DNA of 47,748 nucleotides, from contig JAHLWS010000013.1 in NCBI GenBank assembly GCA_019057795.1, forward strand, positions 1 through 47,748, read 5' to 3'. Positions 1 to 10,124 of this stretch are shown here, in pieces; position 1 is the first letter of the stretch; each line of letters starts with the position of its first letter. The notes beneath the pieces were generated by a model, which worked only from the letters and a program-made list of their open reading frames with translations, was not told the origin of the DNA and ran no database searches. A program made the position numbers and the translations under genes. This stretch comes from Promethearchaeota archaeon. GTDB taxonomy: Archaea; Asgardarchaeota; Lokiarchaeia; Sigyniarchaeales; SOKP01.

Positions 1-759
1 GTTGTATATTGTATCGTAGTGTCGTGCTAATTTTAAACGCGCTTTTTCTCGATTCTTGGAACCTTTCTTCTTTCGCGAAAGTTCCTTGCTTAGCTTCTTG
101 GTCTTTTTCTGCTCTAAACGGTAGAATCGTGGATTCTCCATCTTAACAAGATCATTCACCAAAAAATTATTTGCTGACATATCAAAAGCAGTTATATTCT
201 TCTCATGTATCTCTTGTAGTTCTTTTACGTCCTCCTGCGCCTCTAAGGTCAGGGAAACGAAATACTTGTTCGATTTCGTTTTTTTAATAGTAGCGCGTTT
301 GATCTCTTCGGAAAACACCCTCTTATCGTTAAACCTAAGCCAACCTATTTTCGGTAACTTTAATTTCTTTCTTTCAAAATCAATTTTGATGTTTTCCTTC
401 GTTTGTTTGGTCGTATAGGTTTCCTTTCCTCTCTTTGACTTGAATCTTGGAAAGCCGACCTTACGACCTTTTTTTAAACCGTTAAAATAGTTTTGATACG
501 CCTTAAGCAAATGCTCTCTTGAGGCTTGTAAGGCAATGGAATCAGCTTCTTTTAAAAACGGAAACGCGGCCTTATATTGCTTTTCGGTTTTATAGGTGTG
601 CTTTTTAAGCGCATCTTTATCGTCTCTAAATCGTTCATAGATTTCCATCCTCTCCCTAAGCATCCGATTGTAAATGAAGCGACTACACCCTATTGTTTTG
701 TGAATCTGAGTCCGTTGGGTCTTGTTCGGATATATCCGAACGTTGAAAGCTCGAATCAT
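1..759 (-). CDS. tnpB: IS200/IS605-family TnpB RNA-guided endonuclease, 3' part outside the window
   Basis: Not in the ORF track. Manual translation from ATG at 759 gives MIRAFNVRIYPNKTQ...IGCSRFIYN (HTH_OrfB-like), GFPRFKSK, LKLPKIGW, KYFVS, RuvC-I-like AFDMS, ENPRFY and GSKNREKAR. The frame is open to base 1. Confidence 0.93.
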   Translation of the reverse strand, partial: MIRAFNVRIYPNKTQRTQIHKTIGCSRFIYNRMLRERMEIYERFRDDKDALKKHTYKTEKQYKAAFPFLKEADSIALQASREHLLKAYQNYFNGLKKGRKVGFPRFKSKRGKETYTTKQTKENIKIDFERKKLKLPKIGWLRFNDKRVFSEEIKRATIKKTKSNKYFVSLTLEAQEDVKELQEIHEKNITAFDMSANNFLVNDLVKMENPRFYRLEQKKTKKLSKELSRKKKGSKNREKARLKLARHYDTIYN

Positions 760-843
760 TTATACCTAAAAAGAAAGAATCGTTCTTTAAATGGATTATA
801 GTGGAGTGGTTTTATGATTTTTTTTTTCAAAAAAATCGTGCTT

Positions 844-877
844 AATTCATCACCCCCATAAATGAAGGTGTTTTCTC
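844..877. mobile_element. Degenerate IS200/IS605 subterminal hairpin (element end upstream of tnpB); no tnpA seen
   Basis: AATTCATCACCCCCATAAATGAAGGTGTTTTCTC, an imperfect stem CACC..CAT/ATG..GGTG resembling IS200/IS605 end hairpins, about 90 nt from the tnpB start. Confidence 0.55.
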
Positions 878-1114
878 AAGCGTTCATGATAAAGTCCTTA
901 TAATTCGACTATCTCTTAATGCAAGAACATAATATTTTCATAGAAATAAACATAATTTTGATTAACAGAGAGGTAACAAAAAATTTTCTTATATGTTAGT
1001 GCTTTTAAAAATCAATGACTTTATTCTAACCTATAATTATTTTTTAGTTAATAAGAATTTATAATATATTTATAATCCTATTAGTGACAAATTAAACCCC
1101 TTTATATTGGAAAT

Positions 1115-1561
1115 ATGACGATAGAATATTCTGATAAAACTGCAAAACAGGTTCGAAATGAAACCACTAAAATTTTTGTTCAATTTCAACAATCACCATA
1201 CTTTTCTAAGATGTTTAAATATTGTCAGAAAGAAGCTAAATATGTTGTAGAAGAACTTGGAGAATTTCTTTATAATTACGAACTTATAGAACCAGAAGAT
1301 TGGACTATTGACCAATTTATTGGACAGGCTTATAATATCCAACGCAAATGCATGTTCTCTAAAAATTTTTTCAAAGCCCTTCCAAAAGTCATTTATCACT
1401 TCTCTCTATTTTGTGAAAAAAACAATATCGGATTATTTAAAAAGGAAAAGATTGAAGAATTTAAGCAAGATTTACGAGAAGGATATCATGATTATACTTT
1501 TCATTCAAGCTGGGAGGAAGGGTATCAGATCCGAAAAAAACAATATGAAGATTGGTTTTAA
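1115..1561 (+). CDS. Hypothetical protein (148 aa)
   Basis: Clean ATG ORF with protein-like composition; no motif recognised. Confidence 0.7.
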   Translation: MTIEYSDKTAKQVRNETTKIFVQFQQSPYFSKMFKYCQKEAKYVVEELGEFLYNYELIEPEDWTIDQFIGQAYNIQRKCMFSKNFFKALPKVIYHFSLFCEKNNIGLFKKEKIEEFKQDLREGYHDYTFHSSWEEGYQIRKKQYEDWF

Positions 1562-1679
1562 CTCCTTCTGTACTCTAATAACAAAGAACAATAAAAAACT
1601 GCTAAAAAACATTGAGTTCAGCTGTATTATTAGGCTCCTAATAATTATCATTATTCAATAAAGATTCTATAATAGAATT

Positions 1680-3821
1680 ATGAAAGAGACTGATGGCCCT
1701 ATGATTACTTATGAAATGATTTTAGAAATGACAAATTCAATTTATTTCCAGAGAGGTGAAGAGTATCAAAGTTGGGGGATGGTTAGGCAAGGATGGATTA
1801 TAGACAATGGGATAAAAGCAAAAGTAGCGGGAAATTATAAACCATATTATCTTGTCCAGATCACACTGTCTGATACCATGAAATTGAGAGGATCCTGTAC
1901 ATGTCCCGTGGGATTTGGTTGCAAACATAGCGTTGCAGCCTGTTTACAATATTTATACAAACCAAAAACCTTCAAATTAATACAATTCTCCGAATCTTCT
2001 ATTCCTGAAACGAGACAAGAGGAAATTAGGAACCAAATAGAAATTCCTGAACAATATATTTTAAAGCCAACTTCATTAAATGACTGGATCTCTTCTTTAT
2101 CATTAGAATCACTAAAACAAAAATTTATCGAACTCTGGAATCATTTTTCACCCAATATATTCAGGGATTTATTCGAACCAGATTATCCCTTTAAATTTTG
2201 GACATCAAAGTTCGAAGAAATAGAAGGGTTCCAAAGTTCTACGAAAGAAGAACCTTATAAAAGTTACTCTCTAAGCTGGTTTAAGCCACTTGAGCTATTA
2301 AATTTTCTAAATGATTCTGATCTATTAATACCAATCTTATATAATTGGACACAATCTTATATTGATTTAGGAAGTTATATAAAAGAAGAGTTGAATAGTA
2401 TTGGCATATCTAAGACTTTAATCGATTTTGATGTGGAGTTTTATTTTGGTGGGGTAGTTGAGGAGGAATATTATAGAGATAGATGGGATTATGAAGAGGA
2501 ATACGATGTAGACCCGGAATCCTTAGCAGATGATTATTTTTTGCAATATAAAATAGCTTTTGAAGAGATGGGGCGCTTTTTCGGATTTTTATTACATGAA
2601 AAACTTCCAAATTTGGCAGATAATTTAGCGGATTTTGGTTTTAAATGGCTAATTGGATTAAATCTAAAAGAATATAGGGATTACGGATTAAATGAATTAT
2701 ATAAAATTCAACAGCAATTTTCAGAACAAATAGAATCAATTCAAGCAACAAAATTACAAGGTCAAGCGCGAATTGATTACTTACTGATTATGTACTTAAA
2801 ATTTAAATCAGAAGATTTAAAAAAGACTATTGTTACTGAATTAACCAAACTTTCAAATATAAAAGATTTTAACAAAAAACTTAAAGAAATTTGGCTTCAG
2901 CTTATAGAAAATTATCAAATTGAAATGACCGTAGATAATTTCCTATTTTTATATGAATTATCGAGTAAATTTTCCAAAAGTAACGCAAAATTATATAATC
3001 TAATTAAAAATACGCTTTTTAACCTTGAAAAGCACGTTAAATATCCTTCGGACTTTATTGAAGCTATTTTTACTCATTTTGGTAAACAATCCACTGAAAA
3101 TATGGAATGGCTCTATTCTCTCATACTCAAGGGAGGTATTAATAATGAGAAGAACGATGAAAATAAGTATAATAAAAGTAAAACATTTCTTCTCTCCTAT
3201 TGCTTCGAAAAATTCCTTAAATACTATTTACCTAAAGGGGATATTAAAAAAGTGCTTGAACTTTGTATTAATGTATTATCGAGTAGTCCAGAAAGTTTCC
3301 AATATAATCATTATACTATGATTAGAAATTATTCTAAAAATAATTCAGAATTTGAAAAACAATTTAATCCCTTTTTAAACAAGGAATTCCTACCGAAAAT
3401 AACTAAACAACGTCAATATGATGTTGCCATTAAAATTTATCTTGATCAACTCAATTATTCCAAGGCTATTTCATTAGTATCTTCTCATTTTAATACTGAC
3501 AGGGCATGGAACATAATAAAAAAGAGTTATGCAGAAATAATAAGTAAAAAATCTAGCCGCGCATTAAAAATGATAAATAAACAAGATTTTCTATTATTGA
3601 AGAAGATTGTTAACAAGTATACGAATGATTCCATGAAGTTGTGCACAAAAAATAGACCTGATTATAGTATTTCTCAAGGAGTCCAATTAATGTTATTTTT
3701 CTTTGAACATTTCAAAAATCAACCAGAAGGAGATCTATGGTTTGCAGGATTTTGTAAAAAATATAAACGATATCGCAATCTTAGAAGCAGTCTTAAAGAA
3801 TTAGGAATTAAAATGTTTTAA
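1680..3821 (+). CDS. SWIM zinc-finger domain protein
   Basis: N-terminal RGEEY...AKVAG..Y.V.I followed by CTCPVGFGCKH (CxC-xn-CxH); long helical C-terminal region. Confidence 0.88.
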   Translation: MKETDGPMITYEMILEMTNSIYFQRGEEYQSWGMVRQGWIIDNGIKAKVAGNYKPYYLVQITLSDTMKLRGSCTCPVGFGCKHSVAACLQYLYKPKTFKLIQFSESSIPETRQEEIRNQIEIPEQYILKPTSLNDWISSLSLESLKQKFIELWNHFSPNIFRDLFEPDYPFKFWTSKFEEIEGFQSSTKEEPYKSYSLSWFKPLELLNFLNDSDLLIPILYNWTQSYIDLGSYIKEELNSIGISKTLIDFDVEFYFGGVVEEEYYRDRWDYEEEYDVDPESLADDYFLQYKIAFEEMGRFFGFLLHEKLPNLADNLADFGFKWLIGLNLKEYRDYGLNELYKIQQQFSEQIESIQATKLQGQARIDYLLIMYLKFKSEDLKKTIVTELTKLSNIKDFNKKLKEIWLQLIENYQIEMTVDNFLFLYELSSKFSKSNAKLYNLIKNTLFNLEKHVKYPSDFIEAIFTHFGKQSTENMEWLYSLILKGGINNEKNDENKYNKSKTFLLSYCFEKFLKYYLPKGDIKKVLELCINVLSSSPESFQYNHYTMIRNYSKNNSEFEKQFNPFLNKEFLPKITKQRQYDVAIKIYLDQLNYSKAISLVSSHFNTDRAWNIIKKSYAEIISKKSSRALKMINKQDFLLLKKIVNKYTNDSMKLCTKNRPDYSISQGVQLMLFFFEHFKNQPEGDLWFAGFCKKYKRYRNLRSSLKELGIKMF

Positions 3822-3944
3822 ATAATCCTTTAAAATGTGTATTCATAGTAATTCATAGTAATAGTAAATTTTTCTTGTTATATTCGCTTTATAAACTCAA
3901 AATTCCTAGCTAAATTTGGAATTAATGTAAAAACTATATTTCAT

Positions 3945-4337
3945 TCAATTACATCTCAAAAAACTTTTCTTAAAAAATTTATAAAAACTTAGTATTTTAT
4001 ATGGATTTTGCTTTGGAATTAAAACGATTTCATAGTCTTTATCAGAGATTAAGATAATTCCTAATGATAAATCTTTAGCTTGTTTATAGATTCTTTTATT
4101 GTAATTCTTCTCCGGAATTGCAATATAAGAAAAATCAGAAAAAATTAAATTCTGAGCTGCTTGAAGAAGTAACTTTGAGAAATTACTAATTTTAATTTCA
4201 ATACAGCTAATATTTTTTCCCTGAAATGTTACAATATCTACTCTTTTATGTTTGTATGGTGCTTCGAGAATTACACTCGTTTCATTAGCTTTTAATTATT
4301 GAGCTAAAAGTGTTTGATATGATTTTTCATCCTTCAT
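3945..4337 (-). pseudogene. Small PD-(D/E)XK nuclease with one premature stop
   Basis: Not in the ORF track. Reads MKDEKSYQTLLAQ*LKANETSVILEAPYKHKRVDIVTFQGKNISCIEIKISNFSKLLLQAAQNLIFSDFSYIAIP..., with TAA at 4296-4298 and a D...EIK...Q motif. Confidence 0.7.
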
Positions 4338-4575
4338 TCTGTATAATAATATACTAAATATATTAATAACAATTAAGTTATACCTAAAGATTCTTAATAT
4401 TATACATCTGTTGAAGATTAATAATTTAGAAAAGGCTCTTAACCCTGATTTTTGGAACTTTCTAAAAAAACATTTAGAAAACCAGTAATAAGCTTTTCTT
4501 CTTTTGAAATTATTCTAACATAATTTAAAATTTTATCAATCCTTGTCATTACATTAAAGTAAAAAAAATCGTAAA

Positions 4576-4603
4576 AGAGGTAAGACTTAAATAGAGGTAT
4601 TAC
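4576..4603 (+). promoter_or_regulatory. Putative TATA box flanked by a direct-repeat operator upstream of the TA module
   Basis: AGAGGTAagAC (4576-4586), TTAAATA (4587-4593), AGAGGTAttAC (4593-4603); the TATA-like element lies 23-29 nt before ATG 4616. Confidence 0.4.
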
Positions 4604-4615
4604 TATTTTTATAGT

Positions 4616-4852
4616 ATGACCAAATTAAAAGTTGGACCTAAAGGACAAGTTACCTTAATAAAAAAAATAAGAGAGAAATTTGGCATAGAACCAGGTTCAC
4701 TTATCGAGGAAATCGAAGTTGAAGATGGTATATTAATAAAACCTATAGAAGCTTCGTTTAAAAAATGGAAGAGCCTTAAAGAGAAAGTAAGTAAGAAATG
4801 GCCTTCAGAAATTTCTTCTGTACAAGCGATTCAAGAGGATAGAACAAAATGA
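4616..4852 (+). CDS. AbrB/MazE/SpoVT-family antitoxin (VapB-like)
   Basis: KVGPKGQVTLIKKIREKFGIEPG...DGILIKP swapped-hairpin signature; 4-nt overlap with the PIN gene. Confidence 0.9.
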   Translation: MTKLKVGPKGQVTLIKKIREKFGIEPGSLIEEIEVEDGILIKPIEASFKKWKSLKEKVSKKWPSEISSVQAIQEDRTK

Positions 4853-5265
4853 AAGATATAATCGTAGATTCTAATGTTTTTATTGCATCTTTAATAAAAA
4901 ATGATAAATTTCACCAGAAGAGCCTTAGTATTATTGAAAGAATGGAAAATGGTGAATTAAATTTTCATGTATCTATGATAACCCCTATTGAAATATGTTG
5001 TGCCATTGCAAGGAGAGTAGGAAAAAAAGAAGCTAAGGAAAGTGAAGAAATAATCCAAAATTGGGTTAAAGAAAAAAAAATTAATATTTACGAACTGAAT
5101 GAAAAGAGAATGCTTAAAGCACAAAATCATGGACTCAATTTTAAATTAAAGGGAATGGATGCAATCATAATTCAATTAGCATTTGAATTAAATTTCCCAT
5201 TAGCCACTTTCGATAATGAAATTATAGAAAGAACAAAAGAAATCCAATTTTTTGAATCATCTTAA
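4849..5265 (+). CDS. vapC: VapC PIN-domain ribonuclease toxin
   Basis: IVDSNVF, D..H, E, DA and LATFD acidic PIN residues. Confidence 0.92.
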   Translation: MKDIIVDSNVFIASLIKNDKFHQKSLSIIERMENGELNFHVSMITPIEICCAIARRVGKKEAKESEEIIQNWVKEKKINIYELNEKRMLKAQNHGLNFKLKGMDAIIIQLAFELNFPLATFDNEIIERTKEIQFFESS

Positions 5266-5320
5266 TATCGTGATTTTCAAATATTATTGGCTACGCCTTT
5301 ACATTAATAAATCTATTTAT

Positions 5321-5830
5321 CTATCTTAAATTTCTTTTTGGTCTATTCTTCTTGCGATTCACTCTTTCCAAGGGTAAATATTTTGATACATACCCTTGAT
5401 ATTCATTTTTTTGCCGAGGAAGGAGAAAAACTACCCCATATTTCTTTTTTAAATAAATGTACAGTGCAGAGAGAAGTCTAAGAGTCATTGACGTGAAAAT
5501 TACATCCCCATGAGGGCTTAAATCAATATGAGCGTCTATGGTGAATCCATAATGCTTTTTCCAAAGAGAGAAATGTATCGATGTTCCATCTTTTAAAAAC
5601 TTTCTAAACTGTAATCGATGAGGTTCAGTATTTATTGGTATAAAACCTTTTTCCAAAAAGAACTTCGCTAATAAGTTAAACTCATTTTGAGCCGGGTACC
5701 GATTTAATGACCAACATATGAATTGCTTTTTTTTGCTCTTAATTGTTTTCTTATGCAGAGTCAAGCTTACTGTCTCAGGGTAATTTAAAAATTTCTCAGC
5801 CATATTTTTTCCATAAGAGATTCTATTCAT
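5321..5830 (-). CDS. Hypothetical basic protein (169 aa)
   Basis: ATG ORF preceded by GAGGT; no family recognised. Confidence 0.6.
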   Translation of the reverse strand: MNRISYGKNMAEKFLNYPETVSLTLHKKTIKSKKKQFICWSLNRYPAQNEFNLLAKFFLEKGFIPINTEPHRLQFRKFLKDGTSIHFSLWKKHYGFTIDAHIDLSPHGDVIFTSMTLRLLSALYIYLKKKYGVVFLLPRQKNEYQGYVSKYLPLERVNRKKNRPKRNLR

Positions 5831-5841
5831 CTCAATACCTC

Positions 5842-6159
5842 TTAAAATATCAGTTTCTTTTTTATTGAATTCAATTCATTAAATTCTTCTCTTACCACTG
5901 AAAAACAAGTTTCCATCTCCTCAACAGATTTAAAATTTATACGATTAGGTTTTGTAAGATAATCTATATTTAAAGGATCAACCTCTTTCCATTCATACAT
6001 AGTTGTTTCTGAAAAATTATCTTGCATCTTGCATTTTAAAAGACGATTTTTTACTGCATTATTCAAATCGATAATTTTCATGATAGCATAACCCCATTTC
6101 CAACCAACCCAATAAAAATTTAGACTTAAATAGTTAGAACTACTTGTTAACAAACCCAT
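5842..6159 (-). CDS. Hypothetical protein (105 aa)
   Basis: ATG ORF preceded by GGAGGT; co-oriented 11 nt before the next gene. Confidence 0.55.
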   Translation of the reverse strand: MGLLTSSSNYLSLNFYWVGWKWGYAIMKIIDLNNAVKNRLLKCKMQDNFSETTMYEWKEVDPLNIDYLTKPNRINFKSVEEMETCFSVVREEFNELNSIKKKLIF

Positions 6160-6693
6160 TAGTTATCAACCTCCCATAATTTAATTATTTTATTTATAGA
6201 ACTTTCTTTGTAGCACAATATGTAACACCCAGGCCATATATAAATGTTTGCGTGAAAAATTTTCATACAATATATAAAGATTAAATATAAAAACTGAACA
6301 CTCCTCTTATAGAAAAATCTGAAAAATTTTCACAATAATCGCACAATTCCCTTTATTAAGGTCGAGACCTATATCTAAAAATTTAATTTTATTAAATTGA
6401 ACCTTTTAAGATAAACTTTAGTAAATGTTATAAAACTTTCAAAAATTATTTAAAAATTAAAACTTTTAACTGTTTCAGTCACTGAAATTCCACCCTTCAG
6501 AGATCCTGTTATTTTAATTGAGAATTTTTTTTTGTGAATTTTAGTACATCACATATCAAAACTTTAATCTCTTCTAAAATTAAATCTAAAAAAAAAACCT
6601 AATCATTTACTAATAGATTCCTACCTAAAGTGCTTATGAAATTGATCTTTCTCATAAAAAAGAGTTAAATAAAAGTCAACGCTATAGAAACAT

Positions 6694-7863
6694 GTGAATG
6701 AGGCAGAAGTTGTTTCGGTAATTTGTGAACATTTACAAAACGAAAAATGGCAATTTTGGATTGACGATCACCCTATCCACAAAGAGTTGAACTTTCAAAA
6801 ACATTGTTTGCTAATCGGGGGTGCTCGACCTGATATTTTTGGATTAAACGATGTTAAACAAATTTTTGCTGTTGAAGTAAAAGGATTAAAAGATTATAAA
6901 AAAGCACTGGGTCAAGCTTTGACTTATAAATCTGGTGTGAACATCTCGTATATTGGGGGAATAAGCTCACTTTTAAATAAAATTTCTAATATTGCTATTC
7001 CTTCAGGATTAGGTTTGATTTCTGTGAATGAAACAGATTTAAAAGTAGAAATCACTAATCCCCTCTATAATGTATCTCCAATATTTTTAGAAGATATTAA
7101 GAACGAACTAACCGTGCTCCAAAATCAGAAAAAAAAAAATAGAAGTTTCTCGTCGTTTGGCCGGACTCACATCATTAATTATTTCGCTCCAATTTTTTTA
7201 TTCCAGGATGAGGATATTAAAACAAAACAAGAATTAATTCAAAATTTCGAAAAAGTTGGCTGGGCGAATAGAGCTTATAGTGAACTTATAAGTGGAGCAA
7301 ATACAATCGGCATATTAGATTTAAACGGAAACGATTATAATTTGTCTAAAATTGGTCAATTTTGCTTGGAACATTTTTTAACAATTGGCATAGATTCCAT
7401 CTCTAAATTACAGGAAATCCTAAATAAAACAAAAAGAAATAAATGTGTATATTCCGAATTCCCATCGCTCGCCAAATTTTTACAGTTGATTTATTTTCAA
7501 AATCCGGACTTCAAACAATTTATATCAATCCTGCAAAGTTGTGGTAAGAGAGAAATTAGTTCAAGAAATATAATAGATAAATTGGTAATAGACTATCCAA
7601 ACCTCTTCCTGAATTTTTTTGTGAAACCAACGGCAAAAGATAAAGTTGTCTCCATATTCTTATTTGGAAATAAAGAATCATTGATGGAAGACTACAAGAG
7701 CACCATCTCGGACTTCGGTCAATACAACTTCTTTTTCGCATTTAAGCGACATCTGGTTCATTTAGGGGTCTTAAGCCAAGAGAATACGACTTTTTATAAA
7801 AAAACTGAAGAATTAGATGTGGAAAATGATTTTTGGATTCTGGGAAAGGATGTATTAATTTAA
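6694..7863 (+). CDS. PD-(D/E)XK endonuclease with C-terminal helical/wHTH-like domain (orphan restriction endonuclease-like)
   Basis: E..V helix, RPDIFG...AVEVKG...GQALTY motif. Confidence 0.75.
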   Translation: MNEAEVVSVICEHLQNEKWQFWIDDHPIHKELNFQKHCLLIGGARPDIFGLNDVKQIFAVEVKGLKDYKKALGQALTYKSGVNISYIGGISSLLNKISNIAIPSGLGLISVNETDLKVEITNPLYNVSPIFLEDIKNELTVLQNQKKKNRSFSSFGRTHIINYFAPIFLFQDEDIKTKQELIQNFEKVGWANRAYSELISGANTIGILDLNGNDYNLSKIGQFCLEHFLTIGIDSISKLQEILNKTKRNKCVYSEFPSLAKFLQLIYFQNPDFKQFISILQSCGKREISSRNIIDKLVIDYPNLFLNFFVKPTAKDKVVSIFLFGNKESLMEDYKSTISDFGQYNFFFAFKRHLVHLGVLSQENTTFYKKTEELDVENDFWILGKDVLI

Positions 7864-8108
7864 GGATTAAAACTTTATTTATTATTATTTGCTATGGTGT
7901 TGAAAATACGTCCTGGAATTATCTCAAGGAGCTTTTGTCTTTCGCTTTTGAGAAAACTGATAATTTCTTCTTCTTTTAATTCATTTTCCCGAGCTAAAAT
8001 ATCCAAATCTTAATAAAAGTGATTGAAAAAGATTTACAAAAAAGTTAATTTTTTAAAAATACAAGTAAAATTCATTTTTGTAGAAATATATTCTTAAATT
8101 CCTAATTA

Positions 8109-8933
8109 TCAACCAATTTTACTCTTAATCAATTCTAATTCAATTTTAATGTTTTTATCGTCAAAACAGATATTTCTAGTTAGAAATTCGATAAAATCTA
8201 TTACTTCTAGGTTTTTTTTTTTAATATTATCTATGATTTCTAAAATATCTTCTTTTGGAAGGCTTTTCCATATTCTTACCCATTCGAACTCTGAAGAATC
8301 TATTTTTTTAAACTTTTGGAGTTCCTTGCCTTTTAATAGATTCCATACATTTTTAAAACTAATAATGTGCCCAGAACCTGCTCTAGTCAAATCACCATAA
8401 TAATTTAAAAAATAGAATTCTGGGTCCATACGGTATTTAGAACCTATTTTGCTACCTATTTTAATACCTTTTTTAAGGAGTCCTCCCGCTTCTCCTATAA
8501 TAATAAGATTTCCTTTCCTTAGTTTATTTATGAATTTCACATGTGGATTTTTATATTTTTGATTTATTTCTTTAATTACTTCATTTAATTTTTCATGTGG
8601 TAAGTTTGGTTCAATTAGATCATATATCTTTTTAATTACATAATATCCTATAATGTATATTGCATTTACACCTTTTTTTCTAAGAGCAGCATAAAATACA
8701 ATAAGATCTCCTTTATTTAACTTCTGTAATTGTGAAATTTTTGGTGCAGGTCTGTTATTTTCTTTTCTTGACACATTATCTCCATATGTTAACTCCTTCC
8801 ATAAAGGATCATCATGCCCAGGCATAGGTGTCCATTTGAATGAATTATCCTCGGAAATTGTGCCTACAAAACCTCCTGATCCTTCTCCTGTGTCTGCTCC
8901 AATGCGTAATAATAATGCTTTAGGTTTCATCAA
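8109..8933 (-). CDS. Nucleotide-modification-associated domain 3 (Nmad3)-like protein
   Basis: LRIGADTG..GGFVG.I..D.SF...P.P, TYGD, L.KGDLIVFYA.L, YIIGY and NPH pattern recalled for Nmad3. Confidence 0.65.
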   Translation of the reverse strand: MMKPKALLLRIGADTGEGSGGFVGTISEDNSFKWTPMPGHDDPLWKELTYGDNVSRKENNRPAPKISQLQKLNKGDLIVFYAALRKKGVNAIYIIGYYVIKKIYDLIEPNLPHEKLNEVIKEINQKYKNPHVKFINKLRKGNLIIIGEAGGLLKKGIKIGSKIGSKYRMDPEFYFLNYYGDLTRAGSGHIISFKNVWNLLKGKELQKFKKIDSSEFEWVRIWKSLPKEDILEIIDNIKKKNLEVIDFIEFLTRNICFDDKNIKIELELIKSKIG

Positions 8934-9049
8934 GATCTACCTTAATTCTGAGTGTTTAATATTTTTAGTTTTAAATTAATTATATAAAAAATTCTATATA
9001 TTTATTATTGAATTAAAGCAAAATTATAAAAACACGGTATTAATAATCA

Positions 9050-9969
9050 TTGACCAATTTTAATAAGACTCTACTTTATATTTACATTTTAGGAACATCA
9101 AACGAATGGGACTATGTATGCACCCCTGTGCCTTATAAAATAAGTGAAAGAGAACTTTTTTTTGGACCATGTAAAAAGCTAGTAAGGCAAGATTTAAAAA
9201 AGAGGTTTTTGAGTAATTCACTTGAAGTTGATCTCGAATCAAGTCCTTATCAGATATATATCGTTGGTATTAACCCATCTAAACGAAATGGAGTAAGAAA
9301 ATTTTTATTTGCAGGGAAAATCTTAAGATTATTTACATTTAAACATGCTTGGGAATGTTATTGGAGTCGAGCGAAGAATGAGAATAATGTGAGAAAAATG
9401 ATTGAGGGGATTAAAGGTGAAAATGGTAAAATTTATAGTCCTCTTCATTTAGAGCCAATTGAAGGTGGATATAGACATAGAACAAACGAACATGAAAAAA
9501 GTTGGGTTTATGATCTTCTTTCAGGAAATCAAAACGGCGGGGAAATAAAGATCATTCTTAAGACGGCAAATTTAATTGAAGGATATAATAGAAAAACTAA
9601 TGACAATCTAATGAGATATTTTAAAAACAAAAATAATGAAATTTATAGAGATGATAAATTAAAAATTGTTTTTGAGAGGGATTGTTGCTTCTCAACAGAG
9701 AATATATTTTTCAGTAGTAAAGATGCCGAATGTCCAATCTCTTTTAATTTTGAATTCTTAGAATTAATAGAGGAGGGATTTAAAGAATCTAAAAAAAGAA
9801 TAGATTGACTAACAACGGAGGTCCAACATTAGATTCTCCTTTTGGATTTAGTTCGAATCCAAGAAAGCCAGGTGAATTTATTAAATATGGTCGAGGTCAT
9901 TTATTATTAAAAAATAACCTGGCTGAAAATTTTATGAAGCTATTATATAAATCAACGGAAAGGAAATAA
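9050..9969 (+). pseudogene. Nmad2-like protein, frameshifted at an A7 tract (or sequencing error)
   Basis: Y.Y...YVC.P.P....LFFGPCKKLVR resembles the Nmad2 CKxxIR motif. The ORF stops at 9808, but another frame after A7 (9791-9797) continues RLTNNGG...YGRGHLLL to TAA 9967-9969. Confidence 0.55.
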
Positions 9970-10124
9970 CTTAGTTATTTATAATAATTTTTCTTCCCCT
10001 TCTTCCTTTAGCTTTTTGATCGTACTAGAAATGTTTGAAATTCTTTTAGAAGTGATTGAAATAGAGGATTTGATTCATTTAATATAAATTTTTGTCGTGA
10101 CAAGGATCAATATTTTTACTTCTG

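Noticed and set aside
577-801. 74-aa plus-strand ORF
   Set aside because: Antisense shadow of tnpB.
6160-6693. Long AT-rich gap as ncRNA, tRNA or origin
   Set aside because: No cloverleaf, stable GC stem or repeated box was visible; it is consistent with a divergent promoter region.
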